Source: an uncultured virus (IMG/VR IMGVR_UViG_3300043436_000999) (lineage: Duplodnaviria; Heunggongvirae; Uroviricota; Caudoviricetes). From it: a stretch of 64,000 bases of DNA. Position 1 is the stretch's first letter. Every line of letters starts with the position of its first letter. This document shows positions 50,939 through 59,173 of the stretch, piece by piece. The notes below the pieces were generated by a model that was not told the origin of the DNA, did not search any database, and was given only the letters and a program-made list of their open reading frames with translations. Made by a program: the position numbers and the translations under genes. Where the stretch lies: IMG/VR virus record IMGVR_UViG_3300043436_000999; one strand, 5' to 3'.

Positions 50939-51297
50939 AGCCTCACAAAAACTCCATCCTGATTTGTATACCAGACATCTTTAAAAACCTCCGACACCCA
51001 CCCAAGACAATATGGGCAGGGCTTAGACATACCAACAGAACCCGTTGGCGTGATCCGCATGTTTATCAACGTACACTCCTTTGCGATTGACTTGTCGATT
51101 GCCATGAAGGCAGCAAGTTCAGAGTGGATTGTTGGGTATTTATAGCCAAGCTTCTTTGCCTTAGGGTGTGTCTTCTTTCTATTCTCCTCGCCACAGGCCA
51201 TGATCTTATTACCATGCAACACAACCGAATAGTGTGTTCGTTCCTTTGGTGGAAACAACCGTGCAAGTTTCAGTAGATCATTCAGATTGAACGCCAT
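50935..51297 (-). CDS. Zn-dependent cytidine/dCMP deaminase-like protein
   Basis: TIHSE and SKPCPYC zinc-binding motifs; next to thyX. Confidence 0.75.
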   Translation of the reverse strand: MAFNLNDLLKLARLFPPKERTHYSVVLHGNKIMACGEENRKKTHPKAKKLGYKYPTIHSELAAFMAIDKSIAKECTLINMRITPTGSVGMSKPCPYCLGWVSEVFKDVWYTNQDGVFVRL

Positions 51298-51925
51298 AGT
51301 TCGTCAACGCTCTCCATGAAAGTGGAAAGTACTTGTCACATATTGAACCTATTGCGGTAGCATAACTCCGAACCTCAACTTGAGAGTGTGAATCTGCTCG
51401 AAGATTATACATACGAGACCAAGCATACAATGATCCAGTCCAAATCCATTCAGTCATCATGGCTTGTGGAAGAATTGCACGTGCTTGTTCTGGGCAGATG
51501 TTATCCTTTAACATATCACTATAGATACTAGCCGCTTGCTTACACAAAGTATCAAGTTGTGTCTTATAGAGTTGAGAGTAATAATTGACTGTGTTGGATG
51601 ACCCCTGCTTTACGTTGTCTGCCTTATCTCTAAACTCGTCTGGAGTCCAAAACTCTGGATCGCTTGAGACGTATCGACGTGATACTTCATTCCAAGAGAA
51701 ACCAACCTGATGCTTTGCCAGTTGACGTGCGATAAAGATTGGTGCTGTTACACGAACCTTTAGGACACAGTGCGAGAAAGGACTCCAGTGATTGTGTCTT
51801 GCCAAGTAGTTAATCAGTCTCTCGTTCTGCGTAACGGTAAACAGATCAGCCGTCTTGTTCATGCTAACGCGAGCAGCATCACACACAGACTCATCACAAC
51901 CCATATGATCTACATAACTGAGCAT
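51278..51925 (-). CDS. thyX: Flavin-dependent thymidylate synthase
   Basis: AARVS, HWSPF, ARQLAKHQVGFSWNEVSRRY, PEQARAILP and HSQVEVR motifs. Confidence 0.95.
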   Translation of the reverse strand: MLSYVDHMGCDESVCDAARVSMNKTADLFTVTQNERLINYLARHNHWSPFSHCVLKVRVTAPIFIARQLAKHQVGFSWNEVSRRYVSSDPEFWTPDEFRDKADNVKQGSSNTVNYYSQLYKTQLDTLCKQAASIYSDMLKDNICPEQARAILPQAMMTEWIWTGSLYAWSRMYNLRADSHSQVEVRSYATAIGSICDKYFPLSWRALTNYGVQSE

Positions 51926-51937
51926 TCAATCTCCTTA

Positions 51938-52132
51938 TTAATTACGCCAACTCTTTCCCTGCAATACGATGTACACCTCTTCGATCAACTTAGCAAGTTC
52001 CTCTGCGTTGCCTTTCCTAGTCTTGGGATTATAGTAACCATCCCAATCAGCCAAGAGGATAGAGGCATTGTAAATACGTTGCTGAAGAATCTCTAGTTTA
52101 ATTTCAGGATCTTCTATATCATGGTAATCCAT
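51938..52132 (-). CDS. Hypothetical protein
   Basis: 64 aa with AAGGAG RBS. Confidence 0.55.
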   Translation of the reverse strand: MDYHDIEDPEIKLEILQQRIYNASILLADWDGYYNPKTRKGNAEELAKLIEEVYIVLQGKSWRN

Positions 52133-52367
52133 TGGTCTTTTTCTCCTTGAAGGCCAAGTCACAAGTTCTTTTATCAATCCCAAGTGCATCGAAGAACTCG
52201 CGGAGAGTCATTGATGCACCGTAGATATGCACGAACCCATCGTAGTATCCACTAAGTTCTAAACGGTTTCGTGTAGGTGTCCAAGTAACTTCTATGGCAG
52301 CCGTTGGTCTGAAGCCCAAGTCGTTTGGTTCATCTGGTGGAAAGTGTACTGTCTTTGGCATCGCCAT
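52119..52367 (-). CDS. Hypothetical protein
   Basis: 82 aa after GAGG RBS. Confidence 0.5.
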   Translation of the reverse strand: MAMPKTVHFPPDEPNDLGFRPTAAIEVTWTPTRNRLELSGYYDGFVHIYGASMTLREFFDALGIDKRTCDLAFKEKKTNGLP

Positions 52368-52371
52368 CCTC

Positions 52372-52671
52372 TTACTTAATAGAGTCTCGAAGCTTCTTAA
52401 TAACAGACTTCGTTTCAGCGACACGACGCTTCTCGTCTTCCGCCTTCTTGATATCGGCAAGCGAGTGTTGCCATGCTGATATCTCACGAACAACTGCACT
52501 GATTCGGTTGTTAAGACCCTGTTCTGTTGTTGCCTTGAGTTCGTACATCAGTTCATGGTTTTCTTCAACCTCTTTTCGAAGCTTTGCAATCTCGTTATCT
52601 TGCATCTTCCACTGTATAACTACGCTACCAATAACCAACACCACGCCACCAATAAAAATAATAGTATCCAT
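52372..52671 (-). CDS. Membrane-anchored coiled-coil protein
   Basis: N-terminal TM IIFIGGVVLVIGSVVI followed by a coiled coil; AAAGGA RBS. Confidence 0.6.
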   Translation of the reverse strand: MDTIIFIGGVVLVIGSVVIQWKMQDNEIAKLRKEVEENHELMYELKATTEQGLNNRISAVVREISAWQHSLADIKKAEDEKRRVAETKSVIKKLRDSIK

Positions 52672-52686
52672 ATGTTTCCTTTCTAG

Positions 52687-52760
52687 CATCCCTGAGTGGA
52701 CTCGAACCACTGACCATTCGCTTAGAAGGCGAATGCTCTATCCAACTGAGCTACAGGGAT
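52687..52760 (-). tRNA. tRNA-Arg (UCU)
   Basis: Cloverleaf ATCCCTG/CAGGGAT, D-arm GCTCAGTTGGATAGAGC, anticodon loop CT-TCT-AA, GGTTCGAGTCC. Confidence 0.93.
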
Positions 52761-52767
52761 AATTTAT

Positions 52768-52998
52768 TTATTCGACGATGTTTAAGGTATCAGTATCGAA
52801 ATCAATTACTTCAAGAATTGTTTCAGAAATATCTGATGCCTTGACGCATTCAACACGGGATTGTTTAAACAACAGAGACGGATCTTCTTGAATTTGTTTG
52901 AAGATCTTTGTTGGCTTATCATCATCGTCTATGTCAAACGACCATGTTTCATAGCGACGATAGACGATCTCAACTGTTACACTCATCACGTCTGCCAT
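52768..52998 (-). CDS. Small acidic protein, tandem paralogue B
   Basis: SVTVEIV...ETWSFDI...EDPSLLF matches 52986-53204. Confidence 0.65.
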   Translation of the reverse strand: MADVMSVTVEIVYRRYETWSFDIDDDDKPTKIFKQIQEDPSLLFKQSRVECVKASDISETILEVIDFDTDTLNIVE

Positions 52999-53204
52999 TC
53001 GAAGCCCTCCATAATTTGTGTTACTTTCTCATCAAAGTCATCCGACATTACAAGGTCTGCATCAAACTTTGTCCATAAGATATTTGGGTCGCGCTTCAAG
53101 TCTTCTTCAAGTTGAGCGACATCAGTGTCCTCAGGGATTGGGAATGACCATGTTTCCGAAACGTTCCTAACTAACTCAATTGTCACGCTGTACATTCGTT
53201 GCAT
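52986..53204 (-). CDS. Small acidic protein, tandem paralogue A
   Basis: SVTIELV...ETWSFPI...RDPNILW; AAAGGAG RBS. Confidence 0.65.
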   Translation of the reverse strand: MQRMYSVTIELVRNVSETWSFPIPEDTDVAQLEEDLKRDPNILWTKFDADLVMSDDFDEKVTQIMEGFEWQT

Positions 53205-53218
53205 ATGATCTCCTTTAA

Positions 53219-53291
53219 TACCACAGGTGGGACTCGAACCCACACTACACAGATTTTAAGTCTATTGACTCTGCCATTGGTCTACTGTGGC
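53219..53291 (-). tRNA. tRNA-Leu (UAA) with short variable loop
   Basis: GCCACAG/CTGTGGT acceptor, A discriminator, loop CT-TAA-AA, GGGTTCGAGTCCC, 5-nt variable loop. Confidence 0.88.
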
Positions 53292-53297
53292 TGATAG

Positions 53298-53375
53298 TAG
53301 AAGGGGTGGGAGTCGAACCCACATGAGCGCGATTATAAGTCACGACCTTTTACCAAATCTATCAGGCACCCTTCC
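53298..53375 (-). tRNA. tRNA-Ile (UAU)
   Basis: GGAAGGG/CCCTTCT acceptor, CGTGA-CT-TAT-AA-TCGCG anticodon arm, GGGTTCGACTCCC, enlarged D-loop. Confidence 0.85.
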
Positions 53376-53412
53376 ATGAACGTGCGTTGGAGAGCCGCAC
53401 CCCTCTGTTACA

Positions 53413-53616
53413 TTAGAAGATTGGGTCGTTGGTGTTCAACGCACGGATGATCTGTTCAAGATCGTCAAGGTAAACCTTGCACGTGCATGTTGTTCCGTAT
53501 TCCATAACAGAAACAGTAACCTTATTGCTGTCTTCTTCACACCGTTCGATGACAACAGCAGCCTTGCTATTGTCTTCGCTGCTATACATTGTTCCAGTAA
53601 GCTTCCAATTAGACAT
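53413..53616 (-). CDS. Hypothetical protein
   Basis: 67 aa with GGAG RBS. Confidence 0.55.
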   Translation of the reverse strand: MSNWKLTGTMYSSEDNSKAAVVIERCEEDSNKVTVSVMEYGTTCTCKVYLDDLEQIIRALNTNDPIF

Positions 53617-53974
53617 CTTGAATCTCCACAGTAAAGTAGCCAGTGGACTTGGCCCACTCTTTAGTTGCTTCTACGAATATGATCTGACGGTCATCTGTCC
53701 ACAGGCGACCGTTCATTAGATCAAACACAGACTTAAGGTAGTTGTCGATATCAGGTCGGGGATAATCCAGTTTACTGGACTTGGGCTTATCGACATAGAG
53801 TTGAACGTACACACGTAGATTATTATCTGTTGGTTCGTATCCCTCTAATACTTTTTCAATTACAGGCACGGCCTGTTCTCGAAACTCTTTATAAGTTCCA
53901 GTATAGTAACTGCCCCACTTACTCACCCGTGGCCGTGATGCAGCCACAGGTGAGATTGGGAACTTCCATTTCAT
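53609..53974 (-). CDS. rusA: RusA-family Holliday junction resolvase
   Basis: PVAASRPRV N-terminus and RPDIDNYLKSVFDLMNGRLWTDDRQI catalytic motif. Confidence 0.88.
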   Translation of the reverse strand: MKWKFPISPVAASRPRVSKWGSYYTGTYKEFREQAVPVIEKVLEGYEPTDNNLRVYVQLYVDKPKSSKLDYPRPDIDNYLKSVFDLMNGRLWTDDRQIIFVEATKEWAKSTGYFTVEIQDV

Positions 53975-54522
53975 TAGAACGGAATCTCGTCATCCGTAAT
54001 TCCAGCAGGAGTTGGGGAAGCCTCAGTCGGCTTGCTTGTTGTTGGTGCATCGACGTGCGTCCCAACAAACCCTCCCTCAACAGGTGCGAAACCATTGGTC
54101 TTCTTCTCCATCGTAGCATTCTTCTGAACGATCTGAACACCGTTGAGATAGAACGACATAGACTTACTTGCACCCTTGGTGATAACAACAGGGGCAAGCT
54201 TAAGACGAACAACGTCTTCACCGAATGGAACAACATCGGTAAAGTTACCAGTTGCATCTTGGCAAGGATATGCACCCTTGTCAACGTGCGACTTACTCTT
54301 GAACTTGATGGTCTTAACACCATCCTTTTCGTAGGTACCGTTTACCTTCTTCACACCATTGTCCTTAGCAATCTGCATAAGTGATTGCTCAAACTCTGGA
54401 GTCAATACCACGGTGATGTTGTGGTTTGCAGACGCATCTCCGAACATGGTATCAGGCTTAAGAAGATTGCTCCACTTAACAGTAAGATTGGTGGTGATAA
54501 AGTTCTTGATACGATCAGCCAT
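53974..54522 (-). CDS. Single-stranded DNA-binding protein (T7 gp2.5-like)
   Basis: LLKPDTMFG and FYLNGVQIV motifs, acidic tail DDEIPF. Confidence 0.85.
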   Translation of the reverse strand: MADRIKNFITTNLTVKWSNLLKPDTMFGDASANHNITVVLTPEFEQSLMQIAKDNGVKKVNGTYEKDGVKTIKFKSKSHVDKGAYPCQDATGNFTDVVPFGEDVVRLKLAPVVITKGASKSMSFYLNGVQIVQKNATMEKKTNGFAPVEGGFVGTHVDAPTTSKPTEASPTPAGITDDEIPF

Positions 54523-54691
54523 TGCTTGGTGTCTCCGTAGAAAGGGTGTCGATGTTGATGATTACTACACCAACCTGATTACTAAGTTCGTTGGCAAAAT
54601 CACGGATTCGATTGATGTCCGTCTGCATTGCTGTCAGGTAGGTCCGAAGATCGCTGACGGCTACCACTTGATTCTGAACTTGTTCTTCCAT
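54515..54691 (-). CDS. 58-aa hypothetical protein (not in ORF track)
   Basis: MEEQVQNQVVAVSDLRTYLTAMQTDINRIRDFANELSNQVGVVIINIDTLSTETPSNG fills the gap before the SSB gene. Confidence 0.55.
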   Translation of the reverse strand: MEEQVQNQVVAVSDLRTYLTAMQTDINRIRDFANELSNQVGVVIINIDTLSTETPSNG

Positions 54692-55046
54692 TATTCAATA
54701 ACTCCGATAGACGATTGATCGTCTGTTCCATAGCCGTCTCCCATTGATCGGTAGGAGACTTGATTGAGAAACCCGCCGCCGATTCCAGCGGGAACATAAA
54801 AAGGTGCAGCAGTTCGTGTATAAGCGTTTCCTCTACGTTATACGTTTCGTCTGCATCCTTGGGGTTCAAGACTTGAATTAGAGATGTCATGTGATTGGGA
54901 TCATAGGTGTTCAACCCATAGACCCGAAGGTTATCTTCATCGTCTAATTCTCCAGCCTTGGCCCACACAACTTTAATTGTCCAATGCTTGAGGCCAAGTT
55001 GGTTTTGCCAATACTTGGCTCGCTTTCTGAGTAAGGTTAGATTCAC
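54600..55046 (-). CDS. HExxH metallopeptidase-like protein
   Basis: WQNQLGLKHW...ETLIHELLH...E motif. Confidence 0.65.
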   Translation of the reverse strand: MNLTLLRKRAKYWQNQLGLKHWTIKVVWAKAGELDDEDNLRVYGLNTYDPNHMTSLIQVLNPKDADETYNVEETLIHELLHLFMFPLESAAGFSIKSPTDQWETAMEQTINRLSELLNNGRTSSESSGSRQRSSDLPDSNADGHQSNP

Positions 55047-55047
55047 A

Positions 55048-55431
55048 TTACCACCAGCCTACAACGACACCTTTGTTATCCACCACAATCTCAAACCATT
55101 TGAGAAGGTCAATAGTCTGTCCGTAGGTGATGTCACTACCTGTTTCACGAACAAACTGTTTGTAGTATGTATCTTCTTGCTTACGGTACAAATCATCATA
55201 GATATCACGAACTTGATTCTCGCTCAACTCTTCCGTGTAAAGGGTGTACCTACCGTTTGTACACCACTCAATCCATTCGTTGTATACCTTACCACGAAAT
55301 GAAGCACCACCACCAGAGAACAAGCCACCACACAAACGATTAGGTGGGAACAAATGATCTGGCATCATCTTGTATTCATCAGTAGCGTGTGGACTAAGCG
55401 CACCATAGTAAGCGAATGTATCCAAGCCCAT
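55048..55431 (-). CDS. Hypothetical protein, MGLD family; paralogue of 45667-46023
   Basis: MGLDT...FRGKVY...YTLY...KWF...GWW; AAGGAG RBS. Confidence 0.7.
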   Translation of the reverse strand: MGLDTFAYYGALSPHATDEYKMMPDHLFPPNRLCGGLFSGGGASFRGKVYNEWIEWCTNGRYTLYTEELSENQVRDIYDDLYRKQEDTYYKQFVRETGSDITYGQTIDLLKWFEIVVDNKGVVVGWW

Positions 55432-55440
55432 GAGTTCTCC

Positions 55441-56100
55441 TTAAAGATTCATCAGTTCAAGATAGGGATGACCATTGATAACAACAGCACACGAAACGAT
55501 TGGCTTCTTAAGATATGCCGAACCATATTGCATTGCGGGATGGAAGCGATCAACACCAGACCCAACATTCATTCCGAAGATACGTGAGGTTGGCCCAACA
55601 ATCCAGTTGATACCAGCCACACTGTGATAGTGACCCATCACTACAGATTGAAGTCGCATCTTAGCAGCGTTGATTGCGGGGTACATACCGCCAGCACCAA
55701 CACCGTGATAGTAATAGACGTTATCTTCTTCGTGTGAGTTAACCCACGACCAACCCTTGGTCTTGTAGATAGCATCATACTCTCGAAGATAGTGCGAGGG
55801 AATACCCGCATCAGCAGCGAGACGTGCAACACGTTCGTCGTGATTACCAATCGTCACAACAGCCTTAGGAAAAGCCTTGATCCACTTCTGCAAAGACTCA
55901 GCAGTCTGATGGTATTCATCCATTGCTGCGGGATGTTCGGGATTCTTCTTGTGAAAGGAGATGGATGCGTGATCCACCACGTCACCAATGAACACAGTTG
56001 TATCAGTACGATACTTCTTCTTGACATCCTTCACAAAGTCCAAGTACTGTGGATGTACAGCAGGACAATGCAAGTCACCGATAACTAGAACTCGACTCAT
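55441..56100 (-). CDS. Calcineurin-like metallophosphoesterase
   Basis: GDLH, GDVVD, GNHD, HG and GHYH motifs. Confidence 0.9.
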   Translation of the reverse strand: MSRVLVIGDLHCPAVHPQYLDFVKDVKKKYRTDTTVFIGDVVDHASISFHKKNPEHPAAMDEYHQTAESLQKWIKAFPKAVVTIGNHDERVARLAADAGIPSHYLREYDAIYKTKGWSWVNSHEEDNVYYYHGVGAGGMYPAINAAKMRLQSVVMGHYHSVAGINWIVGPTSRIFGMNVGSGVDRFHPAMQYGSAYLKKPIVSCAVVINGHPYLELMNL

Positions 56101-56276
56101 TTATTCTTCCTGTTCTTATATTCCTCTCGCCATTGTTCAGCGAGGGATGGAAGTGGAGGCCCATCCTTTTGTGGGATAGGTGCGTAAACGTTAATGCCAG
56201 TACCATCGAAGTGTGCTTGTTGATGCACGTTCCAACTATCGTAGAGATCTCCAGTACGATAGCTTCGTCCATTCAA
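56097..56276 (-). CDS. Hypothetical protein (start uncertain)
   Basis: Frame of the 56097-56345 ORF. TTG start just after the upstream stop; stop overlaps the phosphoesterase start. Confidence 0.4.
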   Translation of the reverse strand: MNGRSYRTGDLYDSWNVHQQAHFDGTGINVYAPIPQKDGPPLPSLAEQWREEYKNRKNK

Positions 56277-56277
56277 T

Positions 56278-56505
56278 TCAACTTTGTTCTTCGATGTAGA
56301 TGTCAACTTTGACATGGGTAGCCTTCTTTGCTTTCTTTGCGCCAAGGTACTTGGCTAAGTAGGATAGAAACTGAGTGTGCATGAAGTCACTTGGACACAT
56401 GAAACTCAATGTTACTTCTGTCTTCTTCTTGTCAATCATAGCCTTGTGAATAGACTTGACTGCTTCTTCGATTGCCCCTTCATTATCTACGATGTGTACT
56501 TTCAA
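56278..56505 (-). CDS. Hypothetical protein
   Basis: 75 aa coupled to the RNAP stop. Confidence 0.55.
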   Translation of the reverse strand: MKVHIVDNEGAIEEAVKSIHKAMIDKKKTEVTLSFMCPSDFMHTQFLSYLAKYLGAKKAKKATHVKVDIYIEEQS

Positions 56506-58898
56506 TGGAAGAAGTACTCACTTTCTAATACCTTGTTGATGTCAAGTGTACCCGTTTCAGGAACAGGTGGCAACTCAACACCAAGATACTTTTCTAATTG
56601 CTCCTTAAGATTTGCTAGCAGATTCTCACTGTGGAGTTCAACAAACTTGCGCTTAGTAATCTCACGCATCTTGTTTACCAGTGGAGCATGGCAACCATAC
56701 GAGTCATGGATAAACGAGAAGTCTTCGATACCCTCATCTGCCATCTCACAGATGGTGTTGACCATATGTGCAGCATCGAAGGAGTGGATGACGTTTGGTG
56801 AGATACCATTCTTTGCACGTCGTGGGTGAACAGCATAGCGATCAAACTCAGCGAACAAAACTTGCCGACGCTTGACCAACGTATAGATATCAACCGATCT
56901 GTTTATCATCGGGTAGTATCGGTGACGAACAAGGAACCCAGTAGGTGTTACCCAAGCAAGGTGCTTGTTCATTTCAGCAGCAATCTTCGTGACTTCCTTA
57001 AGCCACAACTTACCTTGGTTTGGAATCTTCAACAGATGATCCATAGCCTTGATGATATGATCGGCTAGATAGTTAGCAGCCTTGTGTCGTTCCTTGATGT
57101 CGATGAACAACAGGTTGCCATCATTCACTAGACCGTCCACAATGCCACGCCTAGTGACACCATAAGGATCTGTCATAACAGCCCGCTTCACAACACCGCG
57201 ACCAACAGATCCCTTCCAGTACTCCATAAAGATCGTTGCCCAATCATCCTTGCCAACACACGCTGCAACACTAGCAGTCACAGACTTGGCAACAACTGAG
57301 TAAGCATCTCCTGGCTTATCTGATGGTAACAGATTAACCATAGCACCGATGACTGGATCTCTTGCAATAGCAGCCCAATGTTGGATACCATTGCATGAAC
57401 CATCCATACCAATCGGAAGCTGTGTCATACCATCAGTACGAAACAACTCGAACACAGCAGCAAGACGTTGGAAGGATTGATTCTTCTTTGGCTTATCGTC
57501 TGCCCACAAACGAACCGTACCATATGGATCGTTATGGATACAGCGTAGCATATCCATGTTCTTATCCACCCATGCCACACGATCAGCGAATGGTAACTTG
57601 TCTTGGTCAAACAGATTCGCAACCTGTACCTTCAACCAATACAATCCGTCAGGTGTTTGCTTCATGGGATTGGCAAACAACAGCAATGACTTGTCGTGAT
57701 CTCCCGATTGTGGGGACAACAGATCAGACAAGGCATAGGCTCGACCACGAAAGTCGAACGTCCAACCATGATAGAAGTATTCGTGACCAATCATGTCGTT
57801 TGCAATCTTCAATCGAAGGTGCATACGAACGGTGTCATTCAATCGTCTGAACCAATCCTTCCAGAGATTGACCCGAATACTTTCTTCGTTTCCTGAATCA
57901 GAAAACAATTTAGGATCGGGTTCATATGATGGAAGGTTGCCAACCCTAGTGTTGTTCTCGAATAGATTCTTCATCACCTCGAACACACGTTCGTTGACAC
58001 ACCATTCGGTAGACATCAAACGATTAGCAGCCTCGACACACTTGGACGATGGCTCTGATCCAACATACTTAGTCTTATACGTATCGTCTTGAAAGAAGAG
58101 ATACGACGATGACACAATACCCTTGCGGAGATGTGGTGAATGTGTACCACCACACTCGTTGATTGTGTGACGTACTGGTGGAACAATCATGGGGGCATAG
58201 ATAATCTTTGCCATTGCCATAAGTTCTTCATGCACGGCATTCAAGTTATCCGTGACAGAATCAGATGGCATCAACCACGTTGTTCTGTTTCCCTTACTGT
58301 CGTAAGAGTGACGTTCAACACACAACCCTACCTTGATTAACACCTCGATAAGATGAAGACACAAGGTATCTCCATCCTTCTTTGGGATTCTGCAATCAAC
58401 AGATGCACTATGTGTCTTCATAAACTGTTGCATCTGACGCTTCGTCCACTTTGTTCCAAGAGAACGTGAAGCAAGAACCCATGCACCTGAGTTGTCTGAA
58501 CGTGTCTGATGGAATGTACTTGCGAGTTCAAGGTTGACACGCATATGTTTGATGACTGACTGTAACTTAGGAAGAGAGCCATCAACAAACACAAAATCCA
58601 AATACGTAGAGACAATGATAGCAGAGACAGTCCTAGATCCAAGTTTGTAGATCGGGGTAATCCAAGAAAGGTTTCTCTTAGATAACTCGCTAAGATATTC
58701 CTCAATGGCTTGTTCAGTCTTGTCTACCAGAGCATAACATAAATCTGTTTCAGGTACTCCAAGGATTCTATTACGTTCCTTACAGTAATCCATGATAGAC
58801 TTATCAGCCATTGCTTCTTCTATGACAGCATTAAGATTAAGTTTATGTTCCTTATTCTTTTCTGCTATCCACTTCTTACCATAACAGAGATTGTTCAT
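56502..58898 (-). CDS. Single-subunit DNA-dependent RNA polymerase (T7-type)
   Basis: DFRGRAY, motif A DGSCNGIQH, motif B R..VKRAVMTDPYG, motif C IHDSYG, PNVIHSFDA and C-terminal YFFH. Confidence 0.97.
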   Translation of the reverse strand: MNNLCYGKKWIAEKNKEHKLNLNAVIEEAMADKSIMDYCKERNRILGVPETDLCYALVDKTEQAIEEYLSELSKRNLSWITPIYKLGSRTVSAIIVSTYLDFVFVDGSLPKLQSVIKHMRVNLELASTFHQTRSDNSGAWVLASRSLGTKWTKRQMQQFMKTHSASVDCRIPKKDGDTLCLHLIEVLIKVGLCVERHSYDSKGNRTTWLMPSDSVTDNLNAVHEELMAMAKIIYAPMIVPPVRHTINECGGTHSPHLRKGIVSSSYLFFQDDTYKTKYVGSEPSSKCVEAANRLMSTEWCVNERVFEVMKNLFENNTRVGNLPSYEPDPKLFSDSGNEESIRVNLWKDWFRRLNDTVRMHLRLKIANDMIGHEYFYHGWTFDFRGRAYALSDLLSPQSGDHDKSLLLFANPMKQTPDGLYWLKVQVANLFDQDKLPFADRVAWVDKNMDMLRCIHNDPYGTVRLWADDKPKKNQSFQRLAAVFELFRTDGMTQLPIGMDGSCNGIQHWAAIARDPVIGAMVNLLPSDKPGDAYSVVAKSVTASVAACVGKDDWATIFMEYWKGSVGRGVVKRAVMTDPYGVTRRGIVDGLVNDGNLLFIDIKERHKAANYLADHIIKAMDHLLKIPNQGKLWLKEVTKIAAEMNKHLAWVTPTGFLVRHRYYPMINRSVDIYTLVKRRQVLFAEFDRYAVHPRRAKNGISPNVIHSFDAAHMVNTICEMADEGIEDFSFIHDSYGCHAPLVNKMREITKRKFVELHSENLLANLKEQLEKYLGVELPPVPETGTLDINKVLESEYFFH

Positions 58899-58947
58899 TT
58901 ATGTTCTTTCTGTTTTGGTTTAGTTATTGGAGTCCAACCGTTGGATT

Positions 58948-58969
58948 CCTAGCACGGAATCAGGGACTG
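58948..58969 (-). promoter_or_regulatory. Candidate phage RNAP promoter immediately upstream of the RNAP gene
   Basis: Minus strand CAGTCCCTGA-TTCCGT-GCTA-GGAATCC. The predicted transcript would begin with hairpin GGAATCCAAC-G-GTTGGACTCC. Confidence 0.6.
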
Positions 58970-58981
58970 GTGGTTCACAAG

Positions 58982-59173
58982 TTATCCACAATCACCGTCT
59001 TCTTCCTCCACCTCAATGTCATCCTCGAATGCGCCCTCATCCATCAATGCGTCAGTATCTACCCAGTAATCCGTGCAATGATATTCGTCAATAAACATAT
59101 CCCACATTCCTCCATCCCATTCGTCTCGACCAGTATCGTCGTTCACAAACTCTCCGAATTCGTCATTGAACAT
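58982..59173 (-). CDS. Highly acidic 63-aa early protein (possible DNA mimic)
   Basis: About 40% Asp/Glu by manual count, one Arg and no Lys; AAGGAG RBS. Confidence 0.6.
   Translation of the reverse strand: MFNDEFGEFVNDDTGRDEWDGGMWDMFIDEYHCTDYWVDTDALMDEGAFEDDIEVEEEDGDCG

Noticed and set aside
52672..52710. N-terminal extensions of ORFs 52372-52710 and 52986-53243
   Set aside because: They overlap tRNA genes; downstream ATGs with good RBS (52671 and 53204) are preferred.
42536..58898. Introns or inteins in RNR, PolA, helicase or RNAP
   Set aside because: All are uninterrupted, of normal or compact length, and show no intein splice motifs or homing endonuclease ORFs.
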